A stretch of DNA of 35,831 bases from Candidatus Parcubacteria bacterium (GTDB lineage Bacteria > Patescibacteriota > Minisyncoccia > Phycocordibacterales > JAKFXT01): assembly GCA_021414235.1 (NCBI GenBank), contig JAIOOV010000003.1:103560-139390 (forward strand). The letters are read 5' to 3'. Positions 1 through 8,658 of the stretch are shown here, piece after piece. Position 1 is the first letter of the stretch. Each line of letters opens with the position of its first letter. The notes beneath the pieces were generated by a model that was not told where the DNA came from, ran no database searches, and saw only the letters and a program-made list of their open reading frames with translations. The translations under genes were made by a program, and so were the position numbers.

Positions 1-431
1 ATCCCCGACTTCACGATGCAGTCCTTTTCCGGACTGAGGACCATCTCCGCCTCTAACTTGGTACGGCCATAAACAGAGCGCGCCTCTTCGTGGGCGGCCA
101 TAGAGGAGATGAAGATGAACTGCTTCACTCCGAGCTCCTCGCAGAGGCGACGTAGCGCATGGGTGCCGCCTACGTTGATGTGGCGCGCTCTGGAGAGCGA
201 GCGGGCACCATCCCAGGCAGCGTGAATGACCACGTCGGGAACTTCTTCAAACTGCCACTCTCCTGCCCTCTCCAGTTGGAAATTAGGTCGGGTCAGAGGG
301 AGAACCGCGTAACCACGCGCGAGAAGAGCTTCGGTAAGAGCGCGTCCGAGAAAGCCATTAGCGCCAGTGATGGCCACCGTCTTGGCACGGCCATGGCCGG
401 TGTGAGAAGCGGTGGGGTGGAGTGCCTCCAT
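1..431 (-). CDS. NAD-dependent epimerase/dehydratase (extended SDR), 3' end runs off the window
   Basis: Manual translation from ATG at 431: MEALHPTASHTGHGRAKTVAITGANGFLGRALT... has the Rossmann motif TGANGFLG, then DVVIHAA, INVGGT, FIFISSMA and catalytic YGRTK (YxxxK). Not in the ORF track. Confidence 0.9.
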   Translation of the reverse strand, partial: MEALHPTASHTGHGRAKTVAITGANGFLGRALTEALLARGYAVLPLTRPNFQLERAGEWQFEEVPDVVIHAAWDGARSLSRARHINVGGTHALRRLCEELGVKQFIFISSMAAHEEARSVYGRTKLEAEMVLSPEKDCIVKSG

Positions 432-596
432 GTATAGCAGGACGGGTGGAGGGGTGGGGACTTACGAGATTTCAGCGAGATAGGAATCTCGCTGGTAGGA
501 AAGAGAAGATCCTATAAAGCTTTGCGAGGTAAAAAAATCAGTTTTTACGTTCTTCTTCATCGTGCGCCAAAATGCTTTATAGACTAGACTAGCGCT

Positions 597-1514
597 ATGA
601 ACCAGGGGGATGTACTGGACAAGCACCTAATTGAAGGAAGTCTTGGTGGTGGGAGCTACGGTAAGGTTTATCGGGTTATACACCAGGATTCAGGTACGGC
701 CATGGCTCTTAAGGTTGCATCCTCAAAGGATCCGATGGACGCACTTCGTTTTCAAGGGGAAAACGAAATCATGCACAAGCTCAAGCCTCATCCTAAAGTA
801 GTACAGCCCTTTAGTAATGTTGTACAAGTTCCTCCAGACACTTTTTATTACACAATGGAACTTGTGGACACTAACCTGGCTGATTACATGAGTCTACAGG
901 GATATTTCTCACCTTCAGATTCATTTAAAATTTTTAAGGATATTTGTGAAGGTTTGGCACACGCACATCAAGCAAGTATCGCGCACCGAGATTTACATTA
1001 TGAAAATGTTCTTTTAAATATCGGTAGCGGGGTGTATGTAAAATTGACAGACTTTGGTAAGGCGAAGGATTTTGACCGCACCTGGGGTACAAACTCTTTG
1101 TCACCATGTTGGGGGTGGTTCGTCAGTCCTCCAGAAGTTTTTTTTAAAGTTTGGGATTCACCCTCGCTCCCAGAGTCTATTGCAGGAGACATGTATGCTC
1201 TTGGTATATTGCTTTTTTCACTTATTCAGGCCAAACCACTAGTTGAACTTGACACCTTAAGGCATCAAATAAAGGGTTTCCTTGGGTCCCATCCTTCACT
1301 TGATTATCTTGATATACAGGAAAAGAATAAATTGTACCGTGACTGGATTCATAGTCGATCTTTTAAAAGTAACACATTAAACGTTCGATTATCTGACACT
1401 AATGAGAACGCTAAAATTAACTCCATATTGGACCGCCTAACCCATATCGACCATTCAATTCGCTTTAAAAACATAGCTGAGTTACAGGAAGAACTAATAC
1501 TACTAGGACTATGA
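597..1514 (+). CDS. Hanks-type Ser/Thr protein kinase, kinase domain only
   Basis: Gly loop GGGSYGKVY, ALK lysine, HRDLHYEN catalytic loop, DFG, PPE (APE-like) and DMYALG. No transmembrane or sensor domain. AT-rich. Confidence 0.93.
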   Translation: MNQGDVLDKHLIEGSLGGGSYGKVYRVIHQDSGTAMALKVASSKDPMDALRFQGENEIMHKLKPHPKVVQPFSNVVQVPPDTFYYTMELVDTNLADYMSLQGYFSPSDSFKIFKDICEGLAHAHQASIAHRDLHYENVLLNIGSGVYVKLTDFGKAKDFDRTWGTNSLSPCWGWFVSPPEVFFKVWDSPSLPESIAGDMYALGILLFSLIQAKPLVELDTLRHQIKGFLGSHPSLDYLDIQEKNKLYRDWIHSRSFKSNTLNVRLSDTNENAKINSILDRLTHIDHSIRFKNIAELQEELILLGL

Positions 1515-3265
1515 TTTCTCCCACTTTAGAAAAAAAAGAATATTTTCAGACCATGCGTGACGAGACAAAGCCAAGAATGAGCTATTCAGATGCTCTTTTT
1601 GAGCTTCCCCCTATTCAAGGAGATACATTTAGGCAACAACTTGTGCGGGCTCAGTGGAATTATGTCAAAGCTCAACTAAAGAAGAATGAAAATCCAAGGA
1701 CCTTAGTCGAAACTGGAGACTTGTATCTATTGAAAAATAATTACAAAAACGCGATAGATTATTACCAAAGAAGTTTGGTACTGAATCCTGATTTCATACT
1801 GGCTTACGAAAAAATTATTCTTGCATACTCCTTACACCGCAAATATCATGAGACGATACCATATTTTAGCCGACTCCTAGAGTTAACAAACAACAGAGTA
1901 GATATCCTACGAAAATACGCTGCGCTGAGAGTTAACATATTTTTGACACAGAACGAAGGTAAAGACGACGCAATGAGAATTCTTGATGAAGCATTAAAAT
2001 TAATGCCCGAGGATGTAGAACTAATCAATACCTACGGTTTTATACTTCTTAATCATTTCCCAGAAAAACTTAGTGAAGCTAAAGACTATTTTAGTAAAGC
2101 TTTAAAAATTAATGGAGAATATATCCATTCATTAAATAATCTTGCTGTTTGTTATATTAAAGAGGGAAAATGGAAAGAAGCTGAAGAAATTCTTTCAAAA
2201 AGTATTGCCATTACTCCCCCGAATTATCCTCATACCCATCAAAACCTAGCTCTTTTGTTACTAATACAACAAAGATTTGAAGAAGCTTATTCCGTCCTTG
2301 AAAAAGCTGTTAAGAAAGGTGTCCCGATAGAAAATTCAGCCCACCATTTAATGGGGTGGATTTTGTTGGAAATGCGCGATCTGAAACGTGCGCTTGTGTG
2401 GTATGAAGAAAAGATAAAAAGTGAACCAGGGAACGAGTTGCTCTTAAATAATTTAGGCTTTTGTTATGGAGCATTTGGAGAAAAGGAAAAATCAGAAAAA
2501 TGCTTTAAACAAGCTGTTTCAATCTCTGAAGATAAGATCAGAAGAACTCGTCTCTTCGATATGCGCGCCCTTCGTGGTTATTATAATTTGGGTAGAGTAA
2601 GAGCTGCTGCGAGTGATTTCAAAGAGGTTGAGAGAATCTCAAATAGAATTTCCGAACTTAACCCGGGAGATGCTTTTTCTATTTATTTAGCAGGTGTATC
2701 AAAGGTCATTAATGAAGAATACGAAGAAGCTAAGAAATTTTTCTCTCGAACACTTGCATTAGACGAAACAATTTCAGATGTATATCCTGATTATGCCTTT
2801 ATCCATGAGTGCATCGATGGAAATGCGCAAGCGGCAGCTGATCTACTTGAAAAAGGTATTGCGTTAGGGTTCGATAAGATTCTTATTAATAACAATTTGG
2901 CTTTTGCATATATCCAATTAAACCAACTTGATAAAGCTGAGAGAATCTTGCGAAGGTACACAGAGCCTATTCCCGTCATCTTGGCTACCAGAGGATTGTT
3001 GGAAATGCGGAGAGGAAATCTTGAGGAAGCCGAAGCTCTTTACACAAAAGCCATATCTCTTTTTGAAGGTAAAAATAGAAAAATTTGCACACAAATACAT
3101 CTCTTAGAAAAAGCTCGCTATTTCTTAAAAAGAAATAGCGCCGGGAAGGCACAAAAACTACTCAGAGAAGCAAAGGATGTTATTACCTCTTACTTGACGC
3201 CCCAAATAGAACTCTTGGAGATAGAAGCTAACGAACAAGTAGCTAGCTCAAATAACCGTCATTAG
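1511..3265 (+). CDS. Tetratricopeptide-repeat protein
   Basis: Many TPR-like units (e.g. LNNLAVCYIKEGKWKEAEEILSKSIAITP, LNNLGFCYGAFGEKEKSEKCFKQA). ATGA overlap with the kinase stop. AT-rich. Confidence 0.9.
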   Translation: MISPTLEKKEYFQTMRDETKPRMSYSDALFELPPIQGDTFRQQLVRAQWNYVKAQLKKNENPRTLVETGDLYLLKNNYKNAIDYYQRSLVLNPDFILAYEKIILAYSLHRKYHETIPYFSRLLELTNNRVDILRKYAALRVNIFLTQNEGKDDAMRILDEALKLMPEDVELINTYGFILLNHFPEKLSEAKDYFSKALKINGEYIHSLNNLAVCYIKEGKWKEAEEILSKSIAITPPNYPHTHQNLALLLLIQQRFEEAYSVLEKAVKKGVPIENSAHHLMGWILLEMRDLKRALVWYEEKIKSEPGNELLLNNLGFCYGAFGEKEKSEKCFKQAVSISEDKIRRTRLFDMRALRGYYNLGRVRAAASDFKEVERISNRISELNPGDAFSIYLAGVSKVINEEYEEAKKFFSRTLALDETISDVYPDYAFIHECIDGNAQAAADLLEKGIALGFDKILINNNLAFAYIQLNQLDKAERILRRYTEPIPVILATRGLLEMRRGNLEEAEALYTKAISLFEGKNRKICTQIHLLEKARYFLKRNSAGKAQKLLREAKDVITSYLTPQIELLEIEANEQVASSNNRH

Positions 3266-3280
3266 TGTTAACAATAAACC

Positions 3281-3351
3281 TTACCCCACTGCGACGAGTT
3301 GGCCGTTGAGGACCCGGAGACGCTGGTGGAGATCACGATAACCTGACTATC
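3281..3351 (-). pseudogene. Decayed 3'-end remnant homologous to the gene at 5793-6329
   Basis: Reverse strand reads DSQVIV-ISTSVS, then after a frameshift LRVLNGQLVAVG*. The 5793-6329 product ends DGQVIV...SVGVSAYLKVVGGQLVAVE*. 8 of the last 12 residues are identical, with mostly third-position nucleotide changes. Confidence 0.7.
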
Positions 3352-3363
3352 TTACAATAACCT

Positions 3364-4497
3364 CTAGAGACCACCCTTTACTCGGTTGTGTGTTTTACAT
3401 AACATCTGACAATTTTTGGCGGTGGTTTTCCCTCCTTCGTGCCAAGGAGTAATGTGGTCAGCTTCCATTTCGGCAAATTCCCACTTCATTTTTTCACGCC
3501 TCTCCTTTTTGCAGAACGAGCATACACCGCCTTGGTGTTCGTATGCTTTCCTCTTCGTTTTGTCATCAAAATCACGCAAATTGAGGTATTTTTCCTCACG
3601 CGTAAGGATGTATGGATAAATTCCTCTCAGGCTCTGAACTTCGTCGTCATCAATCAGCTTCAAAGTCTCCTTTTCAATGTCCCTAGAGTCGTACCTGGCA
3701 TCCTTATATTTGTTGTACAAGAGCCCCCATTCTACCCCCTTCATATCTTTGCGATACGTCGTAAATGTCTTCTGCACCCAGTCAAATACTGCCTGCCAGT
3801 ATTGCCAGAGTTCTTGTGCGTTTGTATCGTCCTTGTGCTCGTTCATGTATTGCTCAATGTGATCGCTTGAAATCCATCTCAAGGCCGTTTCCAAAACCTC
3901 CTGTCGTATAGGTGAGCCACTTACTAATTTCTCTCGCCCATCTTGCACCGCGGGGGCACCCGTTTTACTAAACCATCGTTTCGCGTCGGTGAGCCACTTT
4001 CCTGTATGTTGGGCATTCAAAAGCTCTTGATCGGTCAAGGGCTTACCTGCAATATTGATCGTACGAAACCAGGCGAGTTTTTCACTTGGTGTCCCTTCGC
4101 ACACATACACCGAGAGTTCGTAGTTCAAAATCTCTTCCTGCTGATCTTTGGGTAAGCTTGTAAAAGCAAGCTCATGATCGTCGTCAAACTTAATGGGGAT
4201 GATTTTCGTCACGTATTGGCATATGGAAACAGTGCGCTGTTGCCCATCCATCAATTCGTAGTTACCATCTTCATCAACCGACCAATACATTGTGTTAAGC
4301 GGAAAACCTTGCCGCACGGTTTTAATGACCGCGTCGCGCTCCTTGTCGCCATAGATAAACTCGCGCTGAAACGCAGGACGAATGTTGAGCTTGCTTCCAT
4401 ACCCGACGACACCGTTCTCACCGTCGTCTTGGTAACCATCCACCAAATCGCGAATGGTTATTTTCGGCACATCTTTCCCGGAAAGTCTTATTTTCAT
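3364..4497 (-). CDS. DUF262 (GmrSD/ParB-like N-domain) plus C-terminal HNH endonuclease; putative restriction enzyme
   Basis: RPAFQREFIY, ELMDGQQRT and FRTINIAGKPLT match DUF262 motifs. CSFC...ADHITPWHEGGKTTAKNCQMLCKTHN matches HNH. Starts 1 nt after the methylase stop. Confidence 0.88.
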   Translation of the reverse strand: MKIRLSGKDVPKITIRDLVDGYQDDGENGVVGYGSKLNIRPAFQREFIYGDKERDAVIKTVRQGFPLNTMYWSVDEDGNYELMDGQQRTVSICQYVTKIIPIKFDDDHELAFTSLPKDQQEEILNYELSVYVCEGTPSEKLAWFRTINIAGKPLTDQELLNAQHTGKWLTDAKRWFSKTGAPAVQDGREKLVSGSPIRQEVLETALRWISSDHIEQYMNEHKDDTNAQELWQYWQAVFDWVQKTFTTYRKDMKGVEWGLLYNKYKDARYDSRDIEKETLKLIDDDEVQSLRGIYPYILTREEKYLNLRDFDDKTKRKAYEHQGGVCSFCKKERREKMKWEFAEMEADHITPWHEGGKTTAKNCQMLCKTHNRVKGGL

Positions 4498-4498
4498 A

Positions 4499-5668
4499 TT
4501 AGTTTTTTTGTCGAATGAACAGCCGCTGATAGGCAGATTGTATTACTCGACCATCCTTATTGATAAAATAGTTCTTCTTTCCGTCGTTGCCAAGTAAATT
4601 TGCATTTTCATTTGTTTTACCACCGGACGATCCAGTCCTCGTGCCATCCTGCCTCATTTCCCAGTAATCATCGTATTTCTTTGTGTCGGGAAGTTCATCA
4701 TGACAACCCCTTTGAGATGCGCCTAGTAGTTGAAACTGCTGAGGATTGTATTTATCCAGGAAAGTAATGGGCACGCCCATAGCACCGCCGTAGTCAGCTG
4801 GGATCTCCGCAACTTTGGCGACCTCAATGGCGTCGTAATTGTCATAGTGTGGATACTCTTCCGGCGTGTATTTTTTGTAGAGAGGAATATTTTGGTGGTG
4901 TTTCGCCACATCCATGTTTGTATACCAGCACGAGGTAGAAACACGCGCGATTTTTTTACCGCTTTTCTCGTCAATATGATGATACTGCGTGAAATAATTC
5001 GGAACTTCGAAAAACATGCCGACATTGAACTTAGTATAGCCGGTGCGGAATTTATTTTCTTTAATGAGTTTGAAAATTTCTTTGTAAGTAATAGCGTTCG
5101 TGTTGCCGATAATCAAAAACTTCTTGTCGTGTTCAACGAGCTGGGCAACGTACTCAATGAAGAGTGAGAACGGCGGGTTGGTAATAACGATATCTGCCTG
5201 CTTTAGGAGTTCACGGCACTCGGGTGAGCGGAAGTCTCCATCGCCCTGGAGCGGCCGCCATTCGTTTTTTTTGTTTTCTTTCAGCTTCTCGGCGATATCG
5301 CGCCGGTCAATTGCACCATCACCATTGAGATCCTCTACTTCGTTAATAAGAAAGGCGTTGGCGTTCACCTTTGGGCGGCCTTTTTTCGGCTCGAGGGTCT
5401 TGTCATCACCAAAGAGGCCGAGCTGGGTGTTAGCTATGGGCGAGGGCTTGTAGCTCGTAGCGATGAGTCGCTTGATGCCAAGTGCGTTGAAGTTTTCTGC
5501 GAAGAAGCGGAAGAAATTGCTTTCAAACGGATCGTCACAGTTGCAAAAAATGACTTTGCCTCTGAGCTGGTCGCGATAATGATTAAGCTCGTTAGCGATG
5601 TCGCTCATCTGGGTATAAAACTCATCGCTCTTTGCCTTTTTTGCTTTAGAAAGATTACTGTGTGCCAT
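4499..5668 (-). CDS. Adenine-specific DNA methyltransferase, EcoRI-methylase family
   Basis: N-terminal KAKKAKSDEFYT, CNCDDP, GDFRSPEC, motif IV TNPPFS and MGVPITFLDKYNP. Start moved from the track's 5728 to the ATG at 5668 (MAHSNL), where family similarity begins. Confidence 0.9.
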   Translation of the reverse strand: MAHSNLSKAKKAKSDEFYTQMSDIANELNHYRDQLRGKVIFCNCDDPFESNFFRFFAENFNALGIKRLIATSYKPSPIANTQLGLFGDDKTLEPKKGRPKVNANAFLINEVEDLNGDGAIDRRDIAEKLKENKKNEWRPLQGDGDFRSPECRELLKQADIVITNPPFSLFIEYVAQLVEHDKKFLIIGNTNAITYKEIFKLIKENKFRTGYTKFNVGMFFEVPNYFTQYHHIDEKSGKKIARVSTSCWYTNMDVAKHHQNIPLYKKYTPEEYPHYDNYDAIEVAKVAEIPADYGGAMGVPITFLDKYNPQQFQLLGASQRGCHDELPDTKKYDDYWEMRQDGTRTGSSGGKTNENANLLGNDGKKNYFINKDGRVIQSAYQRLFIRQKN

Positions 5669-5747
5669 GTTTTTTACATGATTCAAACTTGGAAACAGAG
5701 CGGGGCAGATTAGATGTAAACTTTGCAATCAGCTCAAAAGTACTCCC

Positions 5748-5776
5748 ATTCTAGCGGGTTTTGGGGAGGAGTCGAG
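5748..5776 (-). promoter_or_regulatory. Putative sigma70 promoter for the methylase/nuclease operon
   Basis: CTCGAC-17 nt-TAGAAT on the minus strand, about 80 nt upstream of the ATG at 5668. Confidence 0.45.
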
Positions 5777-5792
5777 GAGCCGGGGTTAGGCC

Positions 5793-6329
5793 CTACTCCA
5801 CCGCCACAAGCTGACCACCTACTACCTTGAGATAAGCAGAAACACCAACGGAAGGCTGAGCAACCATAGGCTCGCCATCCTTTCGCACAGCGAAGTTCAC
5901 AATGACCTGGCCATCCCTGATCTCCGTCGTCTGCGGAGCAATGCGATCCCCTAGGAGGATAGTGTTGGTACCGAGGTAGCCCTTCTCGCTGCCGAGCGCT
6001 ACTGCGGCGAGATAGAAAGTGCCAGAGCCGCCCGCGTTCTGGGTCATAAGGAAGGCTACGTCTTCCTTACCATCCCCATTGAGGTCTCCTCTCGCCTCAT
6101 TCCCGAAATAGCGAGTAGTCACCGTAGCCGCCGTATCCGTATCTATCTTTATCTCCGAGAGTCCTCCTGTGAGTTTGACCTTCTCGCCAAAGATCTCGTA
6201 AGTGCCGTCACGGTAGTCTGCGGCATAGGCAGGTCCTGTGGTGGAGCCTGGAGCAGGCTCGTAGGTCAGATACACGACGCCGATAACAAACAAGAGAAGC
6301 GTTACAGAGAGGATGATCACTTTATTCAT
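5793..6329 (-). CDS. Exported or membrane-anchored hypothetical protein with a DxDxDG-like loop
   Basis: N-terminal hydrophobic helix, GDLNGDGKEDVA loop, beta-rich body ending LGDRIAPQ...GQLVAVE. Confidence 0.8.
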   Translation of the reverse strand: MNKVIILSVTLLLFVIGVVYLTYEPAPGSTTGPAYAADYRDGTYEIFGEKVKLTGGLSEIKIDTDTAATVTTRYFGNEARGDLNGDGKEDVAFLMTQNAGGSGTFYLAAVALGSEKGYLGTNTILLGDRIAPQTTEIRDGQVIVNFAVRKDGEPMVAQPSVGVSAYLKVVGGQLVAVE

Positions 6330-6427
6330 CCCCTTAGTATAGTCGAATTCCCCTTCTTACTCCCGTAGACCCGCTCAAAAACCGATGATATGGTGTAGCC
6401 TGGCACATTCAGCGAGCGAGGGATCCG

Positions 6428-6790
6428 ATGCCGATCACCTTGGTAATAGAGCGTAATCTGTGGAAGAAGTTTAGCAATCCACAGGGGCAGGACGACCGGT
6501 GGGAACTCAGCATGCACGAAGAAGCTGAGTCGGCGAAAAATGAAATCGCCGACCGTCGGATCAACAAGGATCTGAAAATATTCGCGGTCATCCTGGAGAA
6601 CCCTCAAGAAGAAGAGGCCAGGGAGATGGTTCGGTGGCTCAAGGGGGTTGCGCTCAATATTTCCGTGTTCACCGCCTTCAGAAACCCCAACCTGCAGGCT
6701 GAATTCATCGCCACGGGGTGCATCGAGGCGGACTGGGAAAACCCTTTCATAGCCATCGACGCAACCCTCGAGATCAGGGCCCACGCGTAG
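6428..6790 (+). CDS. Degenerate stand-alone receiver (CheY-like) protein
   Basis: Pattern TLVIERN / IFAVILE / REMVRWLK / ISVFTA / ATGCIEADWENPF parallels ILVIEDD / LIILD / ELLRKLK / VIMLTA / EAGADDYLxKPF. Preceded by a GAGGGA RBS-like sequence and followed by a terminator. Confidence 0.6.
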   Translation: MPITLVIERNLWKKFSNPQGQDDRWELSMHEEAESAKNEIADRRINKDLKIFAVILENPQEEEAREMVRWLKGVALNISVFTAFRNPNLQAEFIATGCIEADWENPFIAIDATLEIRAHA

Positions 6791-6806
6791 CGCATCCCTA
6801 TCATCA

Positions 6807-6844
6807 CCGGCCAGCGCCCTTCGGGCACTGGCCGGCTCTTTTTT
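6807..6844 (+). terminator. Intrinsic terminator
   Basis: CCGGCCAG-CGCCC-TTCG-GGCA-CTGGCCGG stem followed by a T run. Confidence 0.8.
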
Positions 6845-6942
6845 ATAACCTTCCCTCTTCTCGAGCTGTTACTACAGCAGCTGCGCGTCATTACAAGCCG
6901 CAACGACTGATCTTTCCTCCACTCCCAGCAAAGGAGCGTGCA

Positions 6943-7365
6943 ATGAATACGGAGTCAGGACCGGAAGTCCTCCTCGTCCATGCCGACTCCCAGACCTTGG
7001 GAGGATGGGCCTGGTCGCTGCGGGAACTCTTCCCAGGCATCGGCGTCATCACTGCCCAGAAGGTGGTGCATGCATTCAACCAATTCGTCTGGGACGCCAA
7101 GCACCTCAAGGTAGCGGTGCTTCCTCGGCGAGGCGCAGACGGATGCACAATCGAGTTTGCCCGCAGGATCCGCCGCGACAAGGAATTCACAGGTGTCATC
7201 TTCACTACCGCTACGGACCCTGAGTTCCTCAAGGAGCTCGACCCCAGGAAAGGAGACCGCGTCTTCGAGAGCGAACAGGAGCTTCTCACTGCCTTAAGCA
7301 TCGCCCTCGCGCACCAGCGCATCGGCGGGACCCCCGTAGTCCAACCCGAACTAATGAGCGCCTGA
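6943..7365 (+). CDS. Degenerate stand-alone receiver-like protein
   Basis: Start moved to ATG 6943 (AAGGAG RBS). VLLVHAD, LRELFPGIGVITAQ, KVAVLP, GADGCTIEFARRIRRD and VIFTTA follow CheY topology without the phospho-Asp or the Lys. Confidence 0.6.
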   Translation: MNTESGPEVLLVHADSQTLGGWAWSLRELFPGIGVITAQKVVHAFNQFVWDAKHLKVAVLPRRGADGCTIEFARRIRRDKEFTGVIFTTATDPEFLKELDPRKGDRVFESEQELLTALSIALAHQRIGGTPVVQPELMSA

Positions 7366-7377
7366 GGCGAGCAAATT

Positions 7378-7406
7378 AACGGCCGGCGCTTGATGCGCCG
7401 GCCGTT
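7378..7406 (+). terminator. Intrinsic terminator hairpin
   Basis: AACGGCCGGCGC-TTGAT-GCGCCGGCCGTT perfect 12-bp stem followed by a pyrimidine tract. Confidence 0.75.
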
Positions 7407-7548
7407 CCTTCTTCGCATGTATCCTTTTCGCTTCCTGCGGGTTCAGTACAATAGCAGCTCTCACTGCGCGCCTTGCCTCGCTGGCTTGGACGTGATATCA
7501 CGAGCTCCAATCGATCTTTCTCCAACCAGTTCCCGAGAGGACACCCTC

Positions 7549-7974
7549 ATGCGGATCATCCTCACTCTAGGTTTCGAGGCTCCGGAAAGCTGGCGAAAAG
7601 CATTTCCGAGACGCACCTTCGTTCACCGCGAGACCGGAAGCGAAGGCCTGCAGCTCCTCAGAGAACAAGGAGTCAGGCTCGCGGTCGTCGTCTTCGACAA
7701 GGAATTCGCGAACGACAACCCAGGCCAATTTGGCACGCTATACCTCCGGTTCCGAAAGGAAGGATTCCAGGGGGAATTCCTTCCGAACATCGGCGAGGAG
7801 CGCTACATCCTGAAGACACTCATAGCGGCGTTCTACGCAAACGCTTCGAATCGTCTGACGGACAAGAGGGTCCGGAGCAGCCCGGGACGCATTCCCACTC
7901 CTTCACCCTCCACGATCCTGCGCTACCTCCAAGAAAAACTCACACAAGGAGATCTCGTCCAATTCAGCGCGTGA
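7549..7974 (+). CDS. Hypothetical protein, partly receiver-like
   Basis: ATG 7549 with GAGAGGA RBS. ETGSEGLQLLREQGVRLAVVVFD resembles alpha2-beta3 of receiver domains; the remainder is unrecognised. Confidence 0.5.
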   Translation: MRIILTLGFEAPESWRKAFPRRTFVHRETGSEGLQLLREQGVRLAVVVFDKEFANDNPGQFGTLYLRFRKEGFQGEFLPNIGEERYILKTLIAAFYANASNRLTDKRVRSSPGRIPTPSPSTILRYLQEKLTQGDLVQFSA

Positions 7975-7993
7975 CCCCTCGCACATAGCCGCC

Positions 7994-8038
7994 CCGCCGA
8001 CGCTCTCCCCCTCCTGGAGCGTCGGCGGTCTTCCTTTT
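7994..8038 (+). terminator. Intrinsic terminator
   Basis: CCGCCGACGCTC...GAGCGTCGGCGG 12-bp stem, then TCTTCCTTTT. Confidence 0.75.
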
Positions 8039-8201
8039 CTGTAACCTTTCCCTCTACCAGCAGTTATTCAGATAGACCACTCCGCCCCACCATCCTTCGC
8101 TCTTTCTCTCATCTCGTACACTCCTCCCCTGTGTGTACACCCCTCTTGCCCGCCGACCCTGAATACATTCGTATTCTTTACAGGTCGGCTTTTCTTTTTC
8201 C

Positions 8202-8564
8202 CTACCAGCTCTTCCCATCGACAGGAGTGACGTTCAGCTTCTCGAGCTCGACACCATCCAAGCAGCGTATATTAATAGCTACAGTGGGTTCGCCCTCCTT
8301 GTTGGTGCCCCGACCAAAAGACTGCACGCCGCAGATCTTACAAAAGAGATGTGCAATCTTCTTCTTGTTAAAACGATATTCCGTGAGCGCCTCTTCTCCC
8401 GCGAGCAGGGTGAACCTCTCCGCCGTAACGAAGGCAAGCAGGAGTCCCTTGATGGCACAATGCGAACAGTTGCAGGAGATGACCGTGGCGAGATCTGTCT
8501 CAACTTCGTAGCGCACTGCTCCGCAATGGCAGCCTCCTTTGTGAGTAGAGAGTATTCCTTGCAT
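8202..8564 (-). CDS. GFA / CENP-V family zinc-binding protein
   Basis: GGCHCGAVRY, CNCSHC, HLFCKICGVQSF and AINIRCL motifs. Confidence 0.93.
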   Translation of the reverse strand: MQGILSTHKGGCHCGAVRYEVETDLATVISCNCSHCAIKGLLLAFVTAERFTLLAGEEALTEYRFNKKKIAHLFCKICGVQSFGRGTNKEGEPTVAINIRCLDGVELEKLNVTPVDGKSW

Positions 8565-8658
8565 AGCCTCAGTATATCAAAGTAAGTCTGGCTTCCCGCA
8601 GACGTCTACATAGGTAGGGGTATACTTAGGAGACAGCCATATCAGTAACCTTTTACGT

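Noticed and set aside
159-437. 92-aa plus-strand ORF in the track
   Set aside because: It is a shadow of the minus-strand epimerase, which has clear SDR motifs.
6345-7779. Five GAATTC sites within 1.45 kb next to an EcoRI-family methylase
   Set aside because: Four are in-frame Glu-Phe codons, GAATTC also occurs elsewhere in the window, and the methylase specificity is unknown.
8068-8112. 14-codon minus-strand ORF behind a GGAGGAG RBS-like sequence
   Set aside because: Too short, has no motif and lies in a terminator-rich intergenic region; cannot be supported.
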